Positions 56,360 to 64,000 of a stretch of 64,000 bases of DNA are shown in pieces. The translations under genes were made by a program, and so were the position numbers. This stretch comes from Candidatus Moraniibacteriota bacterium (GTDB lineage: Bacteria > Patescibacteriota > Minisyncoccia > Moranbacterales > UBA1568), in assembly GCA_013334575.1 (NCBI GenBank), contig JAAXXG010000001.1, positions 41,280 through 105,279 of the forward strand, in the 5' to 3' direction. Under the pieces are notes generated by a model that was not told the origin of the DNA, searched no databases, and saw only the letters and a list, made by a program, of their open reading frames with translations. Each line of letters begins with the position of its first letter. The first letter of the stretch is position 1.

Positions 56360-57766
56360 ATGTCCCTCATGGTCAGCGTCTCGGGAATCCGAGGCATCGT
56401 CGGGGAAGACCTGACACCGGAAAATCTCGTCTCCTACGCCCGGGGGTTCGCCGTCTGGCTGCGGAGATCGGTACCGGATAGCCGGAAACCGCTCGTCGTC
56501 ATCGGTCGGGATACCCGGCCTTCGGGGCGTCCGATCGCCGCACTCATAGCCGAGACGCTCGCCCTTTCCGGGTGCGACGTGATCGACCTCGGTATCGCGA
56601 CCACTCCGACGGTCGAACTCGCCGTCACCGACAAGAAAGCCGACGGAGGCATCATCGTGACCGCATCCCATAATCCCGCTCCCTGGAACGCGCTCAAGCT
56701 GCTTACGTCGGCGGGGGAGTTTCTCAGCGGAACGGAGCTCGACGAATTCCTCGCCGCGACGGACCATGCCGATCGGTCCTCGGCCGCCTGGGACGGTATC
56801 GGTTCCGTCGAGCGCGACGCGACGGCGGATACGGCACATATGGACCGGATCCTGGCGCTCCCGTTCGTCGACACGGACGCGATATCGCGGCAGGGATTCC
56901 GGGTCCTCGTGGACGCCGTGGAAGGGGCCGGCTCGTCCGTGGTTCCGGCGCTCTGCGAGCGGCTCGGTATCGCGCACGTGGAACGGCTCGACTGCGACGG
57001 AACCGGCCTGTTTCCGAGGAATCCCGAACCGATCATCGACAACCTCGGGGAAACGATCGCGAAAGTCCGCGAGACGGACTGCGACTTCGGCATCATCGTC
57101 GATCCGGACGTCGACCGACTCGCGCTCGTCTGCGAGGATGGAACGCTCTTCGGCGAAGAATACACCCTCGTGGCCTGCGCCGATTTCTACCTTGAGAAAT
57201 ATCCCGGAACCGTCGTGAATAACCTCTCGAGTAGCCGCGCGCTTCGCGACGTGGCCGTCTTACACGGACAGCGATGCGTCAGCGCCGCAGTCGGCGAAGC
57301 GAACGTCGTTTCTGTCATGAAGGAGGAAGATGCTGTCATCGGCGGCGAGGGAAACGGCGGCGTCATCCTGCCGTCGCTTCACTACGGGCGAGACGCGCTT
57401 GTCGGTATCGCACTGTTCGTTTCTGCGTTCGCATCCTGGCGCGAGAAACGCGGAGCGGATGAGGAGCGTACGCTCTCAGCCTTCCGAAAGACCTTCCCGC
57501 AATACTTCATGGCCAAGAAGAAGATCGAGGTCTCCGTCCCGAAGGACCGTCTCGCAACACTCTTTGAGACGATTGCACAGGCACATCCTGAAGCCGAACC
57601 GGATACGCGCGACGGTCTCAAACTTGATTTTCCGGACTCCTGGGTCCATCTCCGGGCCTCGAACACCGAACCGATCGTCCGTATCTATACCGAAGCGAAG
57701 ACGGCGGAAGAAGCCGACCGGATAGCGGAATCGTATATTTCAGAAATCTCCGCGATTCAGGAATAA
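56360..57766 (+). CDS. glmM: Phosphoglucosamine mutase / phosphohexomutase
   Basis: SVSGIRGIVGEDLTPE plus the TASHNPAPWNALK active-site Ser motif. Four-domain alpha-D-phosphohexomutase length. Confidence 0.8.
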   Translation: MSLMVSVSGIRGIVGEDLTPENLVSYARGFAVWLRRSVPDSRKPLVVIGRDTRPSGRPIAALIAETLALSGCDVIDLGIATTPTVELAVTDKKADGGIIVTASHNPAPWNALKLLTSAGEFLSGTELDEFLAATDHADRSSAAWDGIGSVERDATADTAHMDRILALPFVDTDAISRQGFRVLVDAVEGAGSSVVPALCERLGIAHVERLDCDGTGLFPRNPEPIIDNLGETIAKVRETDCDFGIIVDPDVDRLALVCEDGTLFGEEYTLVACADFYLEKYPGTVVNNLSSSRALRDVAVLHGQRCVSAAVGEANVVSVMKEEDAVIGGEGNGGVILPSLHYGRDALVGIALFVSAFASWREKRGADEERTLSAFRKTFPQYFMAKKKIEVSVPKDRLATLFETIAQAHPEAEPDTRDGLKLDFPDSWVHLRASNTEPIVRIYTEAKTAEEADRIAESYISEISAIQE

Positions 57767-57815
57767 GCCCAAGGGATGGGATTTTCGGGGCCGATGGCGC
57801 TTCCGTTTCCGGTAC

Positions 57816-57844
57816 TTGATTTATTTTTGCGGAAGTGCTATAAT
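57816..57844 (+). promoter_or_regulatory. Consensus sigma70 promoter TTGATT-17-TATAAT
   Basis: Read from the sequence. There is no protein gene downstream on this strand. Confidence 0.55.
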
Positions 57845-57850
57845 ATAGAC

Positions 57851-58066
57851 GAATGAGGATAGTGCCGAAACAGTTTCGGACAACGGCCTTTCGGCTTCGG
57901 AATCGGGCAATGTCCCGCTTCTCCTCGTCAGTCGGCGTCCAGAACAAAACCAGGGAGGTAGTGATGCGATGACCACCCCTCTTGCGCGTAATCATACATA
58001 AAACGGCCGGGCAACTAAGAGGAGTCCTTGCGAGCGCAACGCCGGACTCCTCTTCTTATTTTTTTC
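57851..58066 (+). ncRNA. Candidate small RNA (~215 nt), unidentified family
   Basis: A consensus promoter is followed by hairpin-rich sequence and a strong terminator. The only ORF is a 41-codon, extremely basic peptide starting at the TSS with no RBS. Confidence 0.35.
58017..58066 (+). terminator. Intrinsic terminator: 11-bp stem aagaggagtcc/ggactcctctt plus U-tract
   Basis: Read from the sequence. It may also terminate the convergent RND operon. Confidence 0.65.
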
Positions 58067-58189
58067 TCCGAACCGTTCTGATACGAAGGTATGCATCGGT
58101 TTTCATTCCGCTTCAGGCAAAGGCCTGCTTCGGAAGCGAATCACGATTCCTGTCCGCACTGAACCGGAAAGCCCAGACTTCGCTCACGT

Positions 58190-58417
58190 TCATCTTTTCT
58201 TATCGAATGTCGTATCGACGAGGATCGCCATCGGGCAGTAGCCCGTCATCGCGAAGAAGACAAGCATGACGCCCACGAAGAGATCGCCCCACGCGAAGCG
58301 GATGTCCGCAAGGATCGAGAGTGCCGCGAAGACCGCGACCATGATTCCCGCGATGGCGAACATGATCCGCTCGACCGTCCACGCGGAGGTATCGAGCCGG
58401 TAGATATTCCGTTTCAT
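58190..58417 (-). CDS. DUF2892 (YgaP-like) small membrane protein
   Basis: 75 aa with two TM helices. The DUF2892 pattern ...AGIMVAVFAALS...GVMLVFFAMTGYCPM is present. Confidence 0.55.
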   Translation of the reverse strand: MKRNIYRLDTSAWTVERIMFAIAGIMVAVFAALSILADIRFAWGDLFVGVMLVFFAMTGYCPMAILVDTTFDKKR

Positions 58418-58450
58418 AGTGGTTTCGTTGCGATTTCCGATGTTCCGACG

Positions 58451-61400
58451 CTAGGCGTCCCAGTGTTTCCGCTCGAAGACATGGTATACGAGCGGGAAGA
58501 TGACCAGCGTCAGGAAGGTCGATGCGGAGAGTCCGAAGATGATCGCCCAGGCGAGCCCTTCCCAGACCGGATCAGTGATGATCGTGAGAGAGCCCAGGAT
58601 CGCCGTCAGCGAGGTGAGCGTGATCGGGAGCAATCTGACCCGTCCCGTCTCCACGAGCGCCTCCTTGAGGGGTTTTCCGGCCTTTCGAAGGGGTTCCAGG
58701 TATTCGAGGAAGATGACCGAGTTCTTGACCGAGAGGCCGGCGAGCGAGATGACGCCGATCATCGAGGTCGCGTTGAAGTAGGTCCCCTTGATCGCATGAA
58801 GGAGCGCGAATCCCGGGAACACCCCGATGAGTCCGAGCGGGATGGATACCATGATGAGCAGCGGGACGAAGAGAGATTCCGTTTTCGCGGCGAGCACGAA
58901 GTAGATAAGGAAGATGGCGACACCCATCGCGATGCCCAGGTCGCGGAAAACCTCGAGCGTCAGCTTCCATTCGCCGCCTAGTTCGACCGCATAGCGCTTT
59001 CCGGTCGTCTGATCCTCGTATTCGGCACCGAGCAGGGACCAGGAGACAAGCTTCCCGTTTCCGTCCGGCAGCCGGTATGAGAGCAGTTTCGGGAACAGGT
59101 CGATCACCGCGTAGACTACGCTCCGCCCTTCCATCTCGGCCGAGACCGCCACGGTCGGCTGCCGGTTGTCCGAAAGAATCGGGAGATCCGTCGCACGGTC
59201 CGTCTTTTCGAGCAGTTCGGTGAGCGGAACCTGCGTTCCGGTCGTACGTGAGGGGATGGAGATTCCGGAGAGATCGTTCTCCTCGTCACGCGATTCGCGG
59301 GCAAGGCGCAGGAAGACGTATTCCTGTTCCGACTGCCGGACACCCGGAGCCAGCGACTCGTGGTACAGTCCGACCTGAGCTCCGGAAAGCGCGATATGCA
59401 GCGTCGCGGCGATATCCGATGGCGAGACGCCGAGCAGACCGGCCTTCTCGGTACGGATGCGATAGGAATAGCCGAGGACGCGTTCCGGTGTCGAGCGGTC
59501 GATATCCGTCGTTCCGGAGATATTCCTGACCTCATCCTCGATGTCGCGCGCCATATCCTCACGGACACGTTCATCGTCACCCTTCACCTTGAGGTAGAAA
59601 GTCGCCATGACCGGCGGTCCCGGCGGATCCTCCATGATACGCACGGACATATCCGGATGTTCCTGCGAGAGCCGTTCGGCGCGTTTCCGGAAGTCGGACG
59701 CGATCTCCTCGGACATGCGGTCGCGGTCTTCCGATTCGGAGAGATTCACCCGCAGGGTCGCCTGGTTACCCGATACGCGCGTCGCGCTTCCCTTGAAGAG
59801 CCCGTTGAAATCGCTCACCGGAGCCTCGCCGACGAAGCTCTCCACGCTTTCGACTTCCGAGATATCGAGTGCCACGCTCTCGGTCTCCCGCGCGATATCG
59901 CGGGTCACGTCGACGGAAGTCGACGTCGGCATATCGAGATAGACGTAGAACTGCTGGCGATCCGCCTTCGGAAGCATGCGGAACGGGACGGCGGGCGAGA
60001 AGGGGAGGATGACGGAAACCGCGAAGATCGCCGCGGTACCGAGGATCGTGCCGAGCCGGCGCTTCCGCGTGGCCAGGAGCGACGAGAGGAGCTTCCCGTA
60101 GCGTCGGTCGAGCCGCTCGAACTGACGCAGGAAGAATCCTTCGTGCGCATGGTCCTTGCCGGTATCCTTCGGCGTGAAGACGAGCGCGAGAAAAGGATTC
60201 ACCGTCACGGAAAAGAGGAGGGACGCGAAGAGCGATGCCGGCACGAAGAAGGGGATGGGAGCCATGTAGGGCCCCATCATACCGGTGACGAACGCCATCG
60301 GGATGAAGGAGATGGCCATGGTCAGCGTCGAAAGCGCCAGGGCGCCGCCGACCTCGTCGACCGCCTTCACGATGAGGCGGATGCGGTTCTCCCCGGGATA
60401 GAGGCGGAAATATCGTGCGACGTTCTCGATGACGACGATCGCGTCGTCGACAAGGAGTCCGAGCGCCAGGATGAGCGCGAAGAGGGTGATGCGGTTCACC
60501 GTCTGACCGGCGAAGAGTCCCATGCCGAATACCGCCAGAAGCACGAGCGGGATCGAGACCGCCGCGACCATCGCGTTCCGGAAACCGAGGAACATCATGA
60601 GCAGTACGGCGACCACGATGACCGATTTCGTAAGGTCGAAGGTGAGCTTGCCGATTTCCTCGCCTGCGATGGCCCCCTCGTCGCGCAGCACGTGTGCGGA
60701 GACGTCGGACGGGATCGTCGTTCCCTTGAGCGACTCGAGGCGGGAGAGGACCCCTTCGGAAACGGTCGTCGCGTTCGTTCCGCGCAGTTTGGAGAGGGCG
60801 ATATGCACGACCGGAGAATCGGATCCCTCGTGTTCCGACAGGTCGACGGAGTCGGTGATCTCGCCGGGTCCGTACGAGATGTCGGCGATATCGGAAAGCC
60901 GCGTCACGGCCGATCCCTCCTGCCGTATGACGAGATTGCCGAGGTCCTCGGTACCCCGGAGATTCCCAGATACGGTAAGAGACGGCGTCCGATCCTCACC
61001 GTCGACGGGCTCGACGAGTCCGATGCCGTTCGACCCGCCGATTATGCCGGCGATCTCGCCGAGGGATATGCCACGGGCGGAAAGTTCGGAAGCGCGCGGC
61101 TCGACCAGAAGCCGATTGACGCGCCCACCGATCACTTCGACGCGCGATACGCCGTCCTCACGCTTCAGTTCGTCCGCGACATCGGCGGCGAGCCGGCGGA
61201 GCGAGGTCTCGGAGAGGGTTTCCGAGGTGAGGCCGATATCGATGATCGGTACGTCGTCCGGATCGACCGACTGTACGATCGGATCCATGGCGCCGGCAGG
61301 CTTCTGTGTAATATGGTCCCGGAGCTTCTGATTGAGAGCGATCTTCGCCTCTTCGCGGTCGTATCCGACGAGAAATTTGACCATGACCATACTCCGCCCG

Positions 61401-61732
61401 CCCGGATGACTTTCGGACGAGATCTCGTCGATTCCCGGCAACTCGGAGACGCGGTCTTCCATCGGTCGCGTGATGAGCTCGTACACCTCGGAAGCGGACG
61501 CGTTCGGAAAATCCGTCACGATCACGAACGCGGGAGCGACGATGTCGGGATTGTACTGTTTCGGTGTCAGGATGAAAGAAAGCGTGCCCCAGGCCGCGAC
61601 TACGATGATCGTCAGGATGGAAAGTTCCCGCTTTCCGAGAAAGAGCGCGGTGATCCTTCCCGCAAGACCGAGGCGCTCGCGCCCGCTCGGGGCTTCTTCA
61701 CGACCGGAAACCGGAGATGTCGGTTCGTTCAT
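58451..61732 (-). CDS. RND efflux transporter permease (AcrB/HAE-like)
   Basis: 1093 aa with 12 TM helices and two large periplasmic loops. The N-terminal region aligns with AcrB. Confidence 0.85.
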   Translation of the reverse strand: MNEPTSPVSGREEAPSGRERLGLAGRITALFLGKRELSILTIIVVAAWGTLSFILTPKQYNPDIVAPAFVIVTDFPNASASEVYELITRPMEDRVSELPGIDEISSESHPGGRSMVMVKFLVGYDREEAKIALNQKLRDHITQKPAGAMDPIVQSVDPDDVPIIDIGLTSETLSETSLRRLAADVADELKREDGVSRVEVIGGRVNRLLVEPRASELSARGISLGEIAGIIGGSNGIGLVEPVDGEDRTPSLTVSGNLRGTEDLGNLVIRQEGSAVTRLSDIADISYGPGEITDSVDLSEHEGSDSPVVHIALSKLRGTNATTVSEGVLSRLESLKGTTIPSDVSAHVLRDEGAIAGEEIGKLTFDLTKSVIVVAVLLMMFLGFRNAMVAAVSIPLVLLAVFGMGLFAGQTVNRITLFALILALGLLVDDAIVVIENVARYFRLYPGENRIRLIVKAVDEVGGALALSTLTMAISFIPMAFVTGMMGPYMAPIPFFVPASLFASLLFSVTVNPFLALVFTPKDTGKDHAHEGFFLRQFERLDRRYGKLLSSLLATRKRRLGTILGTAAIFAVSVILPFSPAVPFRMLPKADRQQFYVYLDMPTSTSVDVTRDIARETESVALDISEVESVESFVGEAPVSDFNGLFKGSATRVSGNQATLRVNLSESEDRDRMSEEIASDFRKRAERLSQEHPDMSVRIMEDPPGPPVMATFYLKVKGDDERVREDMARDIEDEVRNISGTTDIDRSTPERVLGYSYRIRTEKAGLLGVSPSDIAATLHIALSGAQVGLYHESLAPGVRQSEQEYVFLRLARESRDEENDLSGISIPSRTTGTQVPLTELLEKTDRATDLPILSDNRQPTVAVSAEMEGRSVVYAVIDLFPKLLSYRLPDGNGKLVSWSLLGAEYEDQTTGKRYAVELGGEWKLTLEVFRDLGIAMGVAIFLIYFVLAAKTESLFVPLLIMVSIPLGLIGVFPGFALLHAIKGTYFNATSMIGVISLAGLSVKNSVIFLEYLEPLRKAGKPLKEALVETGRVRLLPITLTSLTAILGSLTIITDPVWEGLAWAIIFGLSASTFLTLVIFPLVYHVFERKHWDA

Positions 61733-61756
61733 AAGGTTCGTTCTGGAGAGGAAGGA

Positions 61757-62908
61757 TCAACGGGAGACGATCACGCGATCTCCATCGCGCAAGGCGTAGG
61801 CACCCTCGACGACCACCTCCGTTCCGGCATCGATACCGGAGCGGATCTCGCGTCGGTCGGCGACCGATTCGCCGAGAACGACCTTCCGGAAGGAAACCGT
61901 ATCGTTTTCGACGGCCGCGACGAAGGTGTCGTCGTACAGGTGAATGATCGCCGTTTCCGGAACGGATACCGTTTCCCGTGCCGTTCCGGAGGGAAGTGTC
62001 ACCGTCACGAACCGACCCGGAAGAAGAGAACCTCCGACATCGGCCGGAATTCCGACACGGATGATCGTCGACTGCGACGAGATGCCGACCGCCCGGGCGA
62101 TCGAGATGACCGAGCCGGAAACCGGATCGGAGCCGGTCTCCGAACGGACCGACACGGTATCTCCCTTCGCTATCGCGGTCGCGACATCACCCGGTACGGA
62201 CAGACGCGTTTCGAGCGATTCGGTCGAGGCGACCGTAAACAGCGGCATGCCGGGGCCGACGAAGGTGCCAAGCGAGACGAAGCGGTTCGTCACGACGCCG
62301 GAAAACGGCGCGGTGATAGTCGCGTCCGAGACCGCCGCTCCGGCGACCAGGCTTCCGCCGTATGCCGCCCCCACTTCCGCCTTGGCGGCGGCATGCTGCG
62401 CGTCGCGCATGCGTTTCGCGCTCGTGACCGCCTCCTTCGCGATCGAAAGGTCGCGGGACGAAAGGTCTCCGTTCTCATAGGCGTCTTCCGCCTTATGAAG
62501 TGACGCCTCGGCCTCGTCGACCTTCTGGTCATAGAAATCGTCGGATGCGGAAAGGGCGTTTTTCGCCGCATCGAGAGAGATTCCGGCGCTCTCGAGCATC
62601 GCGCGCTGATCGCTGCCGTCGAGAATGGCGAGCGTCTCGCCGGCGCGCACGGTGTCACCTTCCTCCTTGAGAAGCTTCACGACGTATCCGCCGACCTTGG
62701 GAGCGACGTCCGCCTGACGAGCACCGGTCACGAATCCGGAAACGTCGCGTGACGGCCGGAACGGGGCAGGGGAGAGCGTCTCGGTACTGACCTGTTTCGA
62801 TGCCACGACGGGAACCGGTTCGGCCTCCGTTTTTCGGAGGGTCAGGTATCCGACGGCGATCGCAGCGGCTGGGATAACGAAAAAGAGAGCGGAACACATC
62901 CGTTTCAT
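61757..62908 (-). CDS. Efflux RND transporter periplasmic adaptor (membrane fusion protein, HlyD family)
   Basis: N-terminal anchor, coiled-coil hairpin, lipoyl and beta-barrel domains. Lies immediately upstream of the RND gene. Confidence 0.75.
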   Translation of the reverse strand: MKRMCSALFFVIPAAAIAVGYLTLRKTEAEPVPVVASKQVSTETLSPAPFRPSRDVSGFVTGARQADVAPKVGGYVVKLLKEEGDTVRAGETLAILDGSDQRAMLESAGISLDAAKNALSASDDFYDQKVDEAEASLHKAEDAYENGDLSSRDLSIAKEAVTSAKRMRDAQHAAAKAEVGAAYGGSLVAGAAVSDATITAPFSGVVTNRFVSLGTFVGPGMPLFTVASTESLETRLSVPGDVATAIAKGDTVSVRSETGSDPVSGSVISIARAVGISSQSTIIRVGIPADVGGSLLPGRFVTVTLPSGTARETVSVPETAIIHLYDDTFVAAVENDTVSFRKVVLGESVADRREIRSGIDAGTEVVVEGAYALRDGDRVIVSR

Positions 62909-62927
62909 AGGATTCCGGTTTACGGGT

Positions 62928-63209
62928 TTACTTGCTTTGCGCGGTCTTCACGATCCGGACGAGCTCGTCGCGGAGCGCGTCGGCATTCCTGACACCGTCG
63001 AGCTCGCGGGCGATGTGCCGGTCGAGCATGAGGAGATTCGCCGACTTGAGGAGTCCGATGACCGAAAGCACCTGCTGGATCACCGGGAAGCATTCCCGCT
63101 CCTCGCCGACCATCGTCTCGATCTTGCCGAGACTCGTCCGTGCCTTCCGAAGGGCGATGAGAATCTTCTCCTTTTCGCCGGAAGGACGGAGTGACTGCTT
63201 CGTTTCCAT
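62928..63209 (-). CDS. Metal-sensing transcriptional repressor, CsoR/RcnR/FrmR family (DUF156)
   Basis: 93 aa. KILIALRKARTSLGKIETMV...ECFPVIQQVLSVIGLLKSANLLMLDRHI matches the CsoR helix-bundle signature with a conserved Cys/His. Confidence 0.75.
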   Translation of the reverse strand: METKQSLRPSGEKEKILIALRKARTSLGKIETMVGEERECFPVIQQVLSVIGLLKSANLLMLDRHIARELDGVRNADALRDELVRIVKTAQSK

Positions 63210-63236
63210 GGTACGCCTGTCAACGGATTATATATC

Positions 63237-63257
63237 TATACCTATGGTACAGGTATA
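63237..63257. promoter_or_regulatory. Inverted repeat TATACCT-atggtac-AGGTATA overlapping the csoR promoter: candidate CsoR-type operator
   Basis: ATACC-N9-GGTAT-like palindrome 28 nt upstream of the csoR start. On the minus strand it overlaps a TATAAT -10 box. Confidence 0.45.
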
Positions 63258-63319
63258 TATCGGAACTGTCAAGAAAACGGAATAGTCTGAAATATTCCCT
63301 GAATAAGCCTATTTCTTAC

Positions 63320-64000
63320 CTATTCCGACAATCCGAGTGCCGAAAGGAACGTCCGGAGTTCCTCGCCACGGAGGGCCCGATACGATCCGCGGGGGATCGA
63401 TCCGAGGCGGATATCCATGATACGGACGCGCCGAAGCGCGATGACGGTGCCACCGACGGCCGCCAGCATACGGCGGACCTGATGTTTCCGTCCTTCGGTG
63501 ATCGTAAGCGAAAGCGTGCGCGGGCCGGTCTTCCGCGCTTTCGCGGGCCGGGCGGGGCCGTCCTCGAGCGAGACGCCGCTTTCGAGAGCGGTGATCATAT
63601 CCGTACGGATTGGCTCACGGATCGTCACCTCGTATTCCTTCTCGTGCCGGAAACGCGGCGAGAGGAGACGCTCGGTGATGCGCCCGTCGTCGGTGAGGAT
63701 GATGAGTCCCTCCGACTCCTTGTCGAGTCGGCCGACCGGAAAGACTCCGGAGACCGGAACGATGTCCGCGATCGACTTCGCGGAATGACCTTTCTCGGGA
63801 TTCGTCAGGACACCGCGGGGCTTGTTGTAGGCGAGGTAGCGGAACGCCTTCCTTCGGATCTCGTTTCGGACGATGACCTTGTCGCCTTCATTCACGCGGT
63901 CGGCCAGTGCAGCGACACGGCCGTTTATAGTGATCAATCCCTTTACGATGAGATCGTCGGCGCCCCGGCGCGTCGAAACGCCCGTCAGTGCAAGATAGCG
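63320..64000 (-). CDS. Pseudouridine synthase, RsuA/RluB family; N-terminus lies beyond the window edge
   Basis: GRLDKESEGL catalytic Asp motif. An S4-like region is likely upstream. Confidence 0.8.
   Translation of the reverse strand, partial: RYLALTGVSTRRGADDLIVKGLITINGRVAALADRVNEGDKVIVRNEIRRKAFRYLAYNKPRGVLTNPEKGHSAKSIADIVPVSGVFPVGRLDKESEGLIILTDDGRITERLLSPRFRHEKEYEVTIREPIRTDMITALESGVSLEDGPARPAKARKTGPRTLSLTITEGRKHQVRRMLAAVGGTVIALRRVRIMDIRLGSIPRGSYRALRGEELRTFLSALGLSE

Noticed and set aside
57852-57977. 41-codon ORF (MRIVPKQFRTTAFRLRNRAMSRFSSSVGVQNKTREVVMR) inside the candidate sRNA
   Set aside because: It starts at the predicted +1 with no RBS and is extremely basic and low-complexity. More likely non-coding, though a leaderless micro-protein cannot be excluded.
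59360-62503. 1047-aa plus-strand ORF across the RND/MFP genes
   Set aside because: Antisense to a clear AcrB-like permease and its MFP. R/D/E/G-rich, with no domain-like pattern.
1-64000. CRISPR arrays or other tandem repeat arrays
   Set aside because: No regularly spaced direct repeats were seen anywhere in the window.

Overview
This is a GC-rich bacterial chromosomal segment with compact gene organisation and almost no non-coding space. At least eight adjacent gene pairs overlap by ATGA or TGATG (stop within start). Most genes are on the + strand. The housekeeping backbone is serS, a malic enzyme, frr, rseP, trmD, ftsW-murG-murC-murB, hpf, secA, queA and glmM. Between these sit several envelope/accessory modules: a five-gene glycosylation operon with two tandem GT-C (PMT/ArnT-like) glycosyltransferases; a SipW signal peptidase with three TasA/camelysin-like proteins carrying SipW-cognate signal peptides, followed by a 1,376-aa LPXTG surface protein; a second polysaccharide locus (O-antigen-ligase-like, two GT4, beta-helix protein, DUF4012, Wzz-like proteins); a tRNA-Lys locus with fragment copies of the tRNA; and a CsoR-regulated RND/MFP efflux pair with no outer-membrane factor. 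LPXTG, an L,D-transpeptidase, RND without OMF, an ADP-forming acetyl-CoA synthetase and a short malic enzyme point to a monoderm, fermentative organism, possibly CPR/Patescibacteria-like or Chloroflexi-like; I cannot fix the taxon from sequence alone. Several AT-richer patches (about 10.4-11.9 kb, 20.1-20.9 kb, 28.1-28.9 kb, 43.1-44.8 kb, 55.2-56.3 kb) carry secreted or hypothetical proteins with near-consensus sigma70 promoters and strong intrinsic terminators. Three promoter-plus-terminator units contain no convincing ORF and are candidate small RNAs. Many long ORFs in the supplied track lie opposite or out of frame to clearly homologous genes and are treated as GC-driven shadow ORFs.
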